64,000 bases of DNA from contig NIVC01000103.1 in NCBI GenBank assembly GCA_002269645.1, forward strand, positions 62,001-126,000. The letters run 5' to 3'. Position 1 is the stretch's first letter, and each line of letters opens with the position of its first letter. The position numbers and the translations under genes were made by a program. The notes beneath the pieces were generated by a model that was not told the DNA's origin, did not search any database, and saw only the letters and a list, made by a program, of their open reading frames with translations. This stretch comes from Macrostomum lignano. Taxonomy: Eukaryota. Shown here piece after piece: positions 45,366 through 58,212 of the stretch.

Positions 45366-45737
45366 GGCAAATGATCATATCGGAACTGCATTAATGGACA
45401 TGTTCTCAAGTACTATGCTGTCAAATGTTGATTAAGAGGTACCTGGCAATATCTTATGCTCATATCTGAATGCATCAATAGCTCACAGAATTATTAACCT
45501 CATACAATGTTGGGCGTTAACTAGTTAATTGTTTAACTAGTTAATTTTTTTTTTAAATCGTTAAATTTCGTTAATTTTTTTATGTATTAATTAACTAGTT
45601 AACGAAATTTTTCTGTAAGTTAAAGTTAAATGACAAAACATTCCGGAGTTAATAATTCCGGGAAATGGAGTTCCCCGGGTTCAAAATCCGCGGGTTTCAA
45701 CAGCTTGTATGCCATTAAAAAGTAAAATTAATACATA

Positions 45738-47959
45738 TGATGTAACCACGCTCTGGTCGCGGGATAGGGCATGGGAACTTTTTCGTAAGTGCCTCCTATC
45801 CCGTGTACCCCCCCTGCACAGAGCTGTCGAGACTCGGCCAGGTTTCCGACCAGGCCTGGAGTCTCCCGCTCTGCTGCACCCCCCTGCTGCCTTGGTTCCG
45901 TCTCCCCTGCCGCCACACCTGCCTTTCCGGAGCTCCCTGTCCCTCTCTGTACCCTCCCCTCTACCTTATCTCCCCTGCGCTCCACCCTATTCTTCTTGTA
46001 CTTTCCCTATCCCCCCTCTTTTTGTCTCTCTCTGCACTCTTTTCTTGCGCTGTCCCCTCTTTCTCTACGTCTACTTACAGTATGTTGTGTGCTCACCGAC
46101 CTCCCATCCTTTCCCAAACTCCCAAACGGTGACGCAAGTCGTGTGACCCCTTCTTCCCCTCGATGACTCATCGATGACTCATCCCCCTCTCTTGCGCAAC
46201 CTTTTCTCATGCCATTGTTCTCCTCCCCAAATTTCTCATGCGACCCCCACCCCACCTCCGCTTCTATTGTTCTCGTTTTCGATTCTTTTGTTCTCTTTAC
46301 CCCCACCAATTATCACATTTTCTCCGATTTTCTCTTTCTTTTGTTCTCGTTTTCGCACCTAATTATCACCTTTTCTCCAATGTTTACTTTTCCATTGTTC
46401 TCGATTCTCCCGAATTATCCCCGATTTCCAATTCCTTTGTTCTCAACCCCAGCCCCATTGTTCTCAACGTTTGCTTGCGCAACACTTTCGCGACCACCCG
46501 CTGCGCCAATTATCCCCCCACCCCACCTCCGGATTGCGCAATTTCCCTTTTTCTCATGTTGCTATGCCGGTCTCATGCTTCTCATCATGACTCATTCTGG
46601 CGTCATTCGGCCGGCAGCCAATCAGAGAGAGGGAGTCATGGAAACGACCTTGGAGCGGCGGCTGGGAAGGCTATAAAAGGAGGCGGTTTTCGGCGTGAGA
46701 AGACTCAACTTTTGCCCACCTTCGGGCTCCTAGTCTTTTTTTAGACTTGCCGTCAGACTGAGTTCTGACTCATTCGTCTATAAGACGAATCCCTGCCGGT
46801 CCGCGGTCTGTTACCGCCAAGTTATCTTCAGCTCCCCAAGTGAGCTCGCCTATTGGCCAGCGGTCTGATACCGCCCAGCATCATCAGCTTCGCCTGATCT
46901 ACACTAGCGCCTCGTCGCCTCAGCGCATCGCCGCTTCACTGTCTGCCTGACTGCAGCCTACAGCCGCCCTCGGTCACTCCACCTCTCTCTCTCTCTCTGT
47001 GCAGCTGCCGGTAAGTTCCTGTTACTGATTTGTGCTCTAATTGCCTTTGCTTATCCGGAGTTTACCTATTTTTCCATTGTCTGATTAGAGAGCTGAGCCA
47101 GTTGTAATACCGTACCTTTTGCTGTATTTTTACTTAATAGTGAAGCCGCCTAATTGCCTGATTATTTGCCTAAGGGCCTAATTATTAACTATTAACTAAC
47201 CTCATTATTATTCACTCTTTCACCATCATTTCACCCATGGCTCGCTAAGCCTTTCTCCGGGGGTGGCAAAGCATAAGGGAGTTTGGGTAAGCTAATGGCC
47301 TCTCCCCGTGCAAAGCCCGCCTGTGAGTGCGTGCTGCGGGGCCGCGTGTTCGTGTAGTAGAGGGGTTAGCGAGTCTTGGCACAGAATGGCAGTAGGAAGG
47401 TTGCACCCCCATGCTAACGCGTCCCTTCGCCCTGAGCAATCTAAACTGGAGACAGTACATGTTCGCCTCATACTACTCTTAGTAATCAAAGTCGCAAGTC
47501 AGCCTCGCTCACAGCCACAAAGGATCCCCTGCTGAGAAATCCTCCAGATTGAGCCCAGAGTTCCCGATCATGCCCCAAGCAGAGTCCCTGTACTCGGCTG
47601 CATGTGTCTCCCCTGTTAGCCTAAATCTCCTGGTAACCATCCCAGGCGCGTCTCTAGCCTCGAGAGGTCTGGTAGAAAGATCCAGGTGCGCCAGGTCACA
47701 TAGAGTGGTGGCAGCCACTCGGTCATACTATGACCGAGTGACCAACTATTGCACCTTGGCTACAGGTGGGGTCCATGTGGGTCCTTGGCCCTCTGGTCAC
47801 AAAGCGCTACCAAAGCTATCAATCATGTGGGCGGGACAGTCTGGTGCTGGAGGTCCGTCAGGTCATTGCCCGGTCATAGGCAGCCTACGGTCATTGCCCC
47901 CTCTGGTCATGCGTTCGTCTCTCAATAGGAGCGGACCGGCGACAAGGGCGGTTACATCA
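45738..47959 (+). mobile_element. Large solo-LTR-like insertion, 2222 bp
   Basis: Perfect 10-bp terminal IR TGATGTAACC/GGTTACATCA and CATA TSD (45734-45737, 47960-47963). TATAAAA at 46672. No recognisable ORF. Confidence 0.72.
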
Positions 47960-49374
47960 CATACATAAAATAACTTCGCCTCTCTAAGCATTATACAACG
48001 CGTCTCAAACTATTACATGTATATGTTACAAGTTACAAGTTACAATGTATAGAATATTCCCGAAGATTCTGGAATCTTCAACTATTATCTATTGATATTC
48101 TACCCAAGGACTACTAGAAGTTAGCGTGTACACATGTACTGATTCTGCCTTTCCTGCTGCGCTGCTCCGCGTCGCGCTGCATAGATATTTCCTTGTCGCG
48201 TTGCACCATACTGCGCCATGTCGCGCCGCCGCACGACCTCCTGCGCTGCGTTGCGCCGCCGCGCGCCGCGCCGCGCCGCGACCTGGCTACAGCCGCGCCA
48301 CGCCGACCTGAAATTTAAAAAACTATAAATTTTAAAAGTTAATTAAATATTTAATTAGTTACAGTTAATTTTTTGGAGCAATTAAATTAACTTTTTAACT
48401 TTTAACGAGTTAAAAAATTGGTTAACTTGCCCAGCACTGATATTATATTACCGTATACTCGTACTTTGATGTTCTTCAATGCCTTTTTACTTATATGTTG
48501 AATAATTTGTTTAAAATTTTAGCTGTTACAAAGTTGCTAGTTAGATGATTATTTTGATGATTATGCGTGTGATTAAAATGTACTGAACTGTGCCTACTCT
48601 GAGATGTGAACGTTTTTATCTAGTGTTAATTCTATCTATCTACTGATAATTCTAATAAATATATCAATAAGAGATTCTAAAATATACGTGAATAAGCTTA
48701 ATTGTTTTTACAAACATAATTTTATTATTAAAAACCTCTTAAAATATCCACTAGCGTGCGTATCACTTCTGCAAAATACAGCCGCACACAATTGGCCAAA
48801 GCCGGCCTCATCTTGCAGGGGGGGGGGGGTAAAAAACCTTGCGTGTCCCAGTGCTAGCTTAAGAAGTCCCTGGCTAGACAAACGCAAACCACAAAAAATG
48901 TGGAGCAAATTTGTCTGAAGATTGCACTTTCCAATGCTTTGGCGCCAAAATAGACAGGTACATTTTTTAAGTGTTTGTAAATCAAAATTGATCTTTGAGA
49001 CGAGGCAGGGGCGCGTCCAGAAGTTTCAGGATGGGGGGCCAAGTTAAAAAACTTCAGTAAAAACTGAAGGGGCAACACCAACATCTCGAATTGAGTTTTT
49101 TTAATTATTTTAAAAGCTAATTTTTTACCGAAAAGTAAAAATGAAATCGAAAAATACCTCGCAAAGAATGAATGGAATAGCTAAGTTGATTTAACTAACA
49201 TTCTAAATGTTTTTTCCCAAGAAAATTACTTTTAGGATTTGCAATTGGAAGGCTTTTGAATCTATATAACTTAACCTGATATAGAAAGCTAAACACGAAT
49301 TCATTTAGCTTCATATTTACTTTTTCTGGCAGATCCTCGTCAAAAAAGCTCCGTTGATTCATACATATTTTTAC

Positions 49375-50450
49375 TGTGAGAGGAGAGGAGAAGTGAGAGG
49401 AGAGGGGAGAGAAGTAGGGAAGAGAGTACGGAGAGAGAAACGGGAGGAGAGAGTAGAGGTGAGAAGAGGGAGAGATGAGAGAGATGAGATGAGAGAGAAG
49501 AGAGTAGATAGAAGAAAGTAGAGAGGAGATAGAAGAGAGGAGAGATGAGGGAGGAGAGAGTAGATAGGAGAAACTAGAGAAGAGATAGAAGAGAGGAGAG
49601 ATGAGAGAGGAGAGAGTAGATAGGAGAAAGTAGAGAGGAGATAGAAGAGAGTAGAGATGAGAAAGTATAGAGATAAGGGATAAAGAAGAGATTATAGGGT
49701 GGAGTTGAGCGAGCAAAGAGAAGAGAGGAGAGATGAGATGGGAGAGATGAAAGAGGAGAAAGGAGAGATGAGAGAGCAGAGCCGAGAGATGTAAGAGTAG
49801 AGCTAGAACAGAGGAGAGAGAAGAGAGAAGAGATTACAGAGACAAGAGGAGGAGGAGATGGAAGATAAATATGTGAGAGCAGAGAGGAGAGACAATGGGA
49901 GAGAAAAGTGGTGAGGAGAGAGGAGATAAGAGGGGGGAGAATCAAGAGGACAGTGAGAGAGGGGAAGGGAGAGAAGAGAGGGGAAAGGAAAGAGAAGAAT
50001 GGAGAAGGGAGAGAGTAGAAAGGAGAAGAGAGATGGGAGAGCAGAGAGATGAGAGATAAGAGGTGAGAGATAAGAGAGGGAAGAGAGAGTAGAGGAGAGA
50101 AAATAGAGAGAAGAGTTGAGAGATTTGAGAGAAGGAGTGGAGAGACGTTAAAAAGGAGAGTACAGATTAGAGATTAGAGAGAGAGAGGAGATGAGACAAG
50201 AAATAGATAGGAGAGAGGATCGAGACGAGAGAGGAGAGAGAATAGAGATGATAGGAGAGATGAGAAATGAGAGCAGAGAAGTAGAAAGAAGAGAGGAGAG
50301 AGAGAAGAGGGAAGTTTTGAGAGAGGGGAGAGTAGAGAGCAGAAAGAAAGGAGAAGAGATCAGAGATCAGAGATAAAAGAAGAAAAAGGAGAGATGAGAG
50401 AGCAAAGACGAGAGAAGAGGGGGGAGAGGAGATAGGAAAGAAGAGAAGAC

Positions 50451-50488
<38 letters not shown>

Positions 50489-50500
50489 AGGAAACAGAAG
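49375..50500. repeat. GA-rich purine low-complexity tract ending in (GA)n
   Basis: Composition seen directly in the sequence. Confidence 0.9.
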
Positions 50501-51516
50501 AGAAGATAGAAGTTTCAAAGGATGCGAGGGACGTAGAGAGAGGCAGAGGCAGAGGTCAGAGTTTGCCAATACATGTTTTCGAAAGACATTGCCTGACATT
50601 CTACGCAGCACCCCATCCAACGAGATCAATGCTTTCCTCAAATCTTAATTTTACACGAATTTACTCCATTTTATGTTCACCTCCATCCTAATTATTAACA
50701 AGTTTTTGTTTGATTATGACTTCAGATTTTAGAATACGTGCAAAAATAATTCCGGGGATTGGAATTCCGCGGGTTCAAAATCCGCGGGTTTCAACAGCTT
50801 GTGCTTGTATAAAAACCATTGTTTCTAAAATTAAAATTATAAAAAAAGGTTTTTCAAAATATTTTTTGGAAAATCCAAAGTAAAAAACTGAAAGTGGGGA
50901 GCCACAGGGGGGCCGTAGCCAAACAGGGGGCCCAGCCCCCCCCCCTGGCCTCCCCTTGGACGCGCCACTGGAGATGCATGACCGCAGACGCAAACAAAAC
51001 AGATTCAAAAAGAAGTACAGTATACCTTAATTCAGAATAGCTAAACCCCCTAAAAATAAATAAAAAACCATGCATAAGCTGGACTACTAAGAGTGAGATA
51101 GAAGATGAGAACCCAGCCACGATTCTATTACTTCAGTATTAAGATTGAAAAAGTTCATCCTCATCTATTCATCCATTTATGCTGCTGTGTCCGAGACGTC
51201 TACCTAAGGGGATCATTCCTCGTTCGCTACCCTTCATCAGGGCAACGTGCGGGAGGGCTTCTGTCGCACTGGCCGAACCGAGTCTAAATTCATGCTGCCG
51301 TGAGGTCGCCTTGCACATCCCAGCTGACTCAGTCCGCCCTGCTCACAGTACGATTACCGAAACCAACCACGAATAAACATATAAAGACGTGGCGGTGGCG
51401 CTTACAATGTACTTTTCATTGAGATACGGTCGAACGTTGCCTCACTGGAGCACGCTCGTTGCCGACAATTGGATACGAAATACATGTAATTTTTGCTGAC
51501 AATGATTACTTGTTAA

Positions 51517-53678
51517 CAGTAGAAAGATCACGCTATTTTTCCCCATGGGGAAAGACCATGGGGGTGTATTACAAATACACACAACCAATTTCACCATAGC
51601 TCGCAAACCGAGTAACCGATTTTCGTAAAAGTCCACCATTTGGATCAAAATTTCCCCCTCTTTCCAACGAATTAACTTTTAAAGTCATCCGACGTCAGCA
51701 TCGTCGAGATATTCAACGATTCTTGTCGAAGAAACTGGTGGCAAGGACAACCAACACTACACTGTATAAACCTTTATGGTGAATCTATATTGGCTCAATA
51801 ATCTGGGTCCATCTGTCGGAGAGGCCTTTCTTCTCAGCATCCCAGGAACCAGGGTCCCCTTCATCACCGTCTGGAGCATCGGCGGCGACCGTCAGGACCT
51901 TCAACAAAAGCACCCGATCGGCATCGCAGAGACGGCTGCGTTCCCAAAACTGAAATGGAAGAATCCTCTTCTGCATGCAGCATTCAGTCAGTAGACATAA
52001 TCGGTGAATGAAATGGACGACGGCGACCCTCTAGGTTGACCTGTAGACATACAAGCGACCTTCGGGACCTTCAACGGAGTGCCACCACGCGGCCCCGACT
52101 AGCTGGCACCCCCAACATCGTGATTTTTCTGTCAAGGCACCATACCAGGCATGTCTGCATATTATACTATGCTTTTGCACCGTGTTAAATTGGAGAGTTA
52201 CAGATTTAACTGGCGACTGAATAATATAAAATATATTTAATTTGTCAAAAATGATATTACAGCAGGTCAAAAATGATATTACAGCATGTCAAAAATGATA
52301 GTACAGCAAATTCAAAGCAGAAGGATCTAAACACTGACACATAGACACAAAGGCTGAGTCAATTGTCACTATTTAATTTGGGGCAGTAATGGTGACTCAC
52401 TGTCTCTTCTATTGCAGTGTGTCTTCGGCAAATTCCTTCGTCACACACGCAACACTTCCTTGTTGTCGCACTCAAGGCACGCTTCTCATCCTTTGACTTT
52501 TGTCTCGCGCATGTTGCACAGCGCTTTCTGCCACCAACTGACACCACAGCCGCCGCTTCGCGTGCCTGTTCCTTCATTTTCTCGTCGTTGATTCGACAAC
52601 CTGCGAGCTGGAACATCAGCCTGTGATGATTGGACAGATTTTGAAGAAGAGCGGCCGATTGCGAGCGCTCCTCGATCAGAGGTTGCAGAAGTTGCGCAGC
52701 TGCCTTGCGCTGGAACTCGTTGCGATAGTTCGGCGAGGCGCAGAGCTCTGGGTGCGCCAGTCTCCAGATAGCAGCGGCATTCACAGCTGCTATGTTGAGT
52801 ATGCCGCCGAAGATTGCCTTCTCACATGAGTCGGACTTTCGCTTGCAGTCGGATGTGCGGAACATCCTGTTGCAGGTGTCCGTGCCACTCTTGGTAGAAT
52901 TGTAGTACGAGCCTATTGCTACAGGCTTGCCATTGGGAAGCAATTGTCTGTCGTGATGCATGGTGGACAGCAACATCACGTTTCGGCCCGCTTTGGGCCA
53001 GTTAAATCTGTAACTCTCCAATTTAACACGGTGCAAAAGCATAGTATAATATGCAGACATGCCTGGTTTGGTGCCTTGACAGAAAAATCACGATGTTGGG
53101 GGTGCCAGCTAGTCGGAGCCGCGAGGTGGCACTCCGTTGAAGGTCTCGAAGGTCGCTTGTATGTCTACAGGTCAACCTAGAGGGTCGCCGTCGTCCATTT
53201 CATTCACCGATTATGTCTACTGACTGAATGCTGCATGCAGAAGAGGATTCTTCCATTTCAGTTTTGGGAACGCAGCCGTTTCTGCGATGCCGATCGGGTG
53301 CTTTTGTTGAAGGTCCTGACGGTCGCCGCCGATGCTCCAGACGGTGCTGAAGGGGACCCTGGTTCCTGGGATGCTGAGAAGAAAGGCCTTTACGACTGAT
53401 ATGCATAGTTTCCTGAGCCGACGTGGTTTCAAGATGAGATTTTGTGAACAGAAAAAATTTGCCAATGTTGGTGGTTTTTGCCACCGGACACCCCGAGGAG
53501 AATCGTTGAATATCTCGACGATGCCGATTTTCGTGATTCTCGGAGTTGCTTCATCGAATAGAGCGGAAAATTTTAGCCCGCGTTCTGGATTTTGATGGCA
53601 ATTGGTTGAATATTTTCGGAGATCTAGACAAAAGAAAAATGTGTGTATTTGAAATACACCCCCATGGTCTTTCTACTG
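51517..53678 (-). mobile_element. Non-autonomous piggyBac derivative with long inverted arms
   Basis: TTAA at 51513-51516 and 53679-53682. TIR CAGTAGAAAGA. Carries the transposase C-terminus. Confidence 0.88.
52359..52997 (-). pseudogene. piggyBac transposase C-terminal fragment with Cys-rich domain
   Basis: VMLLSTMH, GKP..YNSTKSGTD, LNIAAVNA, RKRCATC...CCVCDEGICRRH. Confidence 0.88.
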
Positions 53679-55973
53679 TTAAAGGGCTCTGTGCAATTAT
53701 TTAGTCACCTGCAGTAGCACGTCGGACGAGCGCTTTCTACTTTGATGTAGGAGGCGCGCGCAATTGTTTCTATTTGAACTGATTTAAACCCTATAAGGTA
53801 TCGCTATACCCAGCCAGCCAACATCATAAGTAACACACCTCACAACTGTTTCTAGGCAGTCGCGGCTGAGGGCTCGTTTCTGTCTGAGACGAACGAAGCC
53901 GATTAATTAGTTCCAATTAGTTTAACAGCGGTTCGGCCATGCTCGACTTCAAGTGCTGTCATTAATTTTGGGCTAAATTGGAATCTTGGCTTGGGCCTGC
54001 TACAATCCAAAGCCCCCCACCTGGAACTAAGGACCAGTTTCTCGTTATCATCGTCGGTGCATTTGTCAGACTCGGACGTTCGACTTCCTGCTAGGCCAGC
54101 TCACCAATTAGGGGAGGTTCGGCTTCTTGGATCAGAGGCCCTGGCTCGACCCCTTCCCAGGACCTCCGCTGAAGTTTCCCGACGGGCAATTCCTTGCAAT
54201 GTGCCTTATCTGATTGTTATCTCATATACAGTAGCTCGTATAAGCTAGTACATAGGGGGCTTCGCTGGCCGCTATACATGTATACATTCTGCACCACATT
54301 GATGTCCTGCTGCAACGACCGACGAACTGACGCCGACAGCCACGTCCATGAGCCTATTCACACCTTCGTCCCCCATCACGACAGCGCACATTCGTACGCT
54401 CGACACCGACAGAAAAACAAAGACGTAAAACGACACTATAGCTTACACTTTCACAACACCCCTCTCATAAACACCCTCACAGACAACATATCTTGGTCAC
54501 TGCACAAATGTTGTCCCGAGACAGACCAGCCAGCCCTACCTCACGCTCAGACGAAAAACAAAAACACAGCAAATCAAATATCGAATATCAAAACAATCTA
54601 AAAGTTTCCGAATGTGATCGAGCTTGCGCAAAATCAATGTTTAGTGTTGAATATATCAGCATCATCAGCGCAGTCTTTTGTGGTGGCTGAGGTGTCATTT
54701 TAAAGCTGAGACATGCGTAAAAAGTAAATCGAAGCATTTTTTAAACCAGCATCTTCTTTTAGGCTGCTACGATCGAAACAATTTCAGTCAACGATAAAGC
54801 GATGTCTAATCAGTGTTGCTAAGCAATTTTAAATCAATGTATCTCAAAAAGTTACTAATTTAGTAAATAAATTAAAGCTCATTCAACGCCTAATCATTAC
54901 GTAAATATTTTGTTAAAAAGATGGTTGAAGCAGGTCAATTTTTTAAAAGTTAAGACGATCGTTTTGAATGTACCTAGGTCTGAAAGTCTTTACTGAGATC
55001 GGGGCCGATAATTAGGGAAACCCTCACGGCCTCACATTTTGGTATTGGTTAACTTCCCTCTTAAAAAGATCCCAGTGATGTTAGGCCTACCAAAGTTAAT
55101 GTAGGGCTTGTTTATATCTTAGGCCTAGGGGCCTATCGAAATCTTACTAATGCCATCAAGATGACAGCTCTCTGTTCTCTTTAAAATATGCAATATAACT
55201 TTAGTCTTTCGGCTCTGGCTGATTTGTACATTGGCAGAAATAATTCAAATATAGAGCAAATACAATTTTTGACTTACTTGACTTAACTGCAGGGCTGTCC
55301 CGGAGGGGACACAGCGGGAAGGCGCGGGCGCCCATTCCGCTAGTCCCTGAAGAGCAAATACAATTATAGACATTAATTTCACGAAATAAAATAAACATGC
55401 CCTTGCCTTAAGTTGGTCAAATTTATCATATTTAAAGGTTAAAATCTTATAGATTGGTCAAGTTGTCATCATCATAGGCCTATGACAATTTTGAATATGA
55501 CAATTTTGACTATATCTATTTCATGTAGGCCCTGATGCAGATATTAGGGGGCCTACTAGGCCTAGGCCTAGTACTAGTAGAGTATATAATTATGTATTTA
55601 TCTACTAGTACTATATGTATTGTATTTCAATGAGTGGGTGGTTCACTCTACTATAAGTAGTGCACAGTGTTTTCCTAGAATTTCACTGTCATAAGTAAAG
55701 TATAGATGCAAACTTATATGAGATATAAGTTTATAGGTAATTTAATTATTTCCAGATGAATATGATTATGATATTTATTGTATTTTTATATATTTATAAC
55801 TTTTACTTTTATAATTATAGTTTTATTGAGCTTTTTGTATAGTTAATTTATATAATATATATTTATACTCATTTAACATCAGGCCTATCAATTTTGGTAG
55901 TAAGAATAGCACCTCCAGGGAACAAAGCCTATGATGACTAGGGCCTAGGCTCTCTCACTGGGGTCTTAGGTTA

Positions 55974-56829
55974 CAGTGTTGGGCACTTCCATTACCAAGT
56001 AACTTGCAAATGGTAACGCAAGTTACTTTTTTGTAAAGCATTCCTTACGCAAGTTACTTTTTTATTTTAGTAACAGAGTAATGGTAAGTTACTCAAATTT
56101 CGAAAGTCTGAGTTATAGTTACTTTGCAACAATTGCAATATTTAAATTTAAAACTGAAATGCTTAGGCTAGCTTATTACGCCGGTTGTCACATGTTTTTG
56201 CATTTTTCATTCCTAAATTCAAGTGAATAGTATCATATAGTATTGCACTTTAATTAATGAAGAAATACTTAATAACATGTTTTACTTTGTTATAATTTTG
56301 GTAAAATATTTTTGCCTTTCATTTTCAAGTTACTATAAAAATTTTCAAGTTTGATTCAAACAAACAACCAAAGAAAAAAATTCTTCTGTAGCCTCCACAA
56401 GTCCTTCCACTGGCACTGCAGTACACTACACCATTTATATAGTTCTATTTATTTTATTCTATTGAATTATTGATATTTGTTTATTTTATCATTTATAATT
56501 TTAATTATTGATTGCCATTGCCCATTGGTCCTTCTACTTGCCTTATATTGTGTTGCCAATTTCTGTCTGTCTGTTAATTGGTTAATACCAATGCCCAATG
56601 GCAAATTTCAGTAACAACAATATGAAAAATGTGCAATGTGAAAAAAGCAGAAAATTTTTTTAATAACATGGGTAACAGAAGTGAGTAACAGACAGTAACT
56701 CAAAAGTTACTGGGTTTTTGTCTAAAGTTACTAGGCTAGGCCTAACATAAGTTTTTAAAATTTAAAAAAAATTGGTAACTTAAGTTATAGTAATGCAAGT
56801 TACTTTTTTGAGTAACTTGCCCAACACTG
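55974..56829. mobile_element. hAT-type MITE, 856 bp
   Basis: 12-bp TIR CAGTGTTGGGCA, 8-bp TSD TTAGGTTA on both sides, subterminal AAGTTACT/AGTAAC repeats. Confidence 0.88.
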
Positions 56830-58212
56830 TTAGGTTATAGCAAGGCCTTTGTTTAGCTCTCATTCTTATTCCTTTTTTGATTTGGCTCTAATGCAGTTAT
56901 ATCTATCTTAGTTGGCTCAGTTCTTTCATTGTCTATTGATTTATCCTCTATTTCTCCTTTATTCTGTTCAATTTTGTCTTTATCTCGCTCAATTTCTCTG
57001 GCTTTCCATTGAATTCTTTCTTCCTCTGAACTATTGTCTAGTATTATATTAGTTCTAAAGCTCTTTCTTTTTCTTTGGTTTCTTTTGTTGCTGTTGGCTT
57101 CTTTTTCTGGTTCTCCTTTTGCTTTCCCCTATTTGTAGGTTCCATTTCTTTATTTGGTTTGTTTGGGAAGTCTATTAGGGGGCCATAGCCCAGCAGTAAC
57201 GCAGCTGCTCTGGTGTGCCAGCAACCCAGGCTCAATTCCAAGTGCAGTCACATTAATTTGGGGCTGAATTGGAATCTCGGCTTGACTCTGCTCATGCAAT
57301 TAACGGCCTTGAGAGCCAACCCTCCAAGGTGCAGTGAAGTGTACATGCCTAATGATAAAATAAAGTTAGGGCTGCTGTACACTCCTGTGTGAGTGTGCCT
57401 GCATATATATCCGCGTGCTTGTGTGCCTGCTCAGGGGAGTCAGTGAAATGGGCAGTAATGCCTCTCGCCGGTTGTGTGCCTATGTCGCTTAAAGTGCGCC
57501 AGGGTGCACATAACCCCCCTGTCTCTAATAAAAAAATTGGGAAGTCTATTTGTGAGTTAGGCACTGGAGTGAGATTATAAGACTAGCATCTTCTTGCCAC
57601 TTCTCACTCTGTCTATTTCTTATTGTACTCAAAGAACTGTCAATCAGAGATTCTCACAAGAACTCTAATGCTGCTCTTTTCTTGCTCTTCTTTGAAATAC
57701 TCTTGAGTCTTTGTACTCTTCATTGTCTTCTACTTCTCTAATCGGATCAGTCTGGCACCTCTGATGCTTGTAGCTAGAGATATTGGTCTGACTTCAGTTT
57801 ACTGTAACAGTAGGAAGTACTGAACTGGACCTGTCTCAGCTTTGGTGCACTGTTCTGCCTTAGTCTCCTGATTATCTTCTAATCTCTGCAGGTTGTCTTG
57901 ATAATCCATATGCATTGGTGTGTTTAGCTTAGCACCACTTCGGTATTCAATATACCGAACTGGCTCTAATTCTAAGCAGGCACCAATGCTGTCACAACTC
58001 GCGTCTGTGTCTGTGAAATTCTGAATTCCTTTCTTAGTTATCTGGATCAGTGCCAATGGAAAAATAAAAAGCTGCATAGCCATAAGATTTTAACTAAGAA
58101 TCAAAACACCAATTTTGCAGGCATCTGAACCGCCCCAGCTACTGCAGCCCCATCACAGGCTGCCACAGCTTCAGTTGGATCTGCAAACCCTAACAATGCC
58201 GCCGAGGAGGAG

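Noticed and set aside
45505-48439. Possible large hAT element (CAATGTTGGGC...GCCCAGCACTG)
   Set aside because: The ends match imperfectly and the 8-bp flanks differ, so they may be independent fragments.
45645-50805. Shared ~60-bp motif ...GGGTTCAAAATCCGCGGGTTTCAACAGCTTGT at about 45650 and 50750
   Set aside because: Both copies have the same orientation and no partner end or TSD was found. It is probably a dispersed MITE end and cannot be classified.
49006-50970. CAGGGGCGCGTCCA / TGGACGCGCCACTG inverted pair
   Set aside because: No TSD was found and the interior is low-complexity, so a single element cannot be supported.
53960-57290. Short dispersed repeat (ATTAATTT.GGGCT.AATTGGAATCT.GGCTTG) at about 53962 and 57252
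   Set aside because: Too short to classify; no RNA-gene or TE hallmarks were seen.
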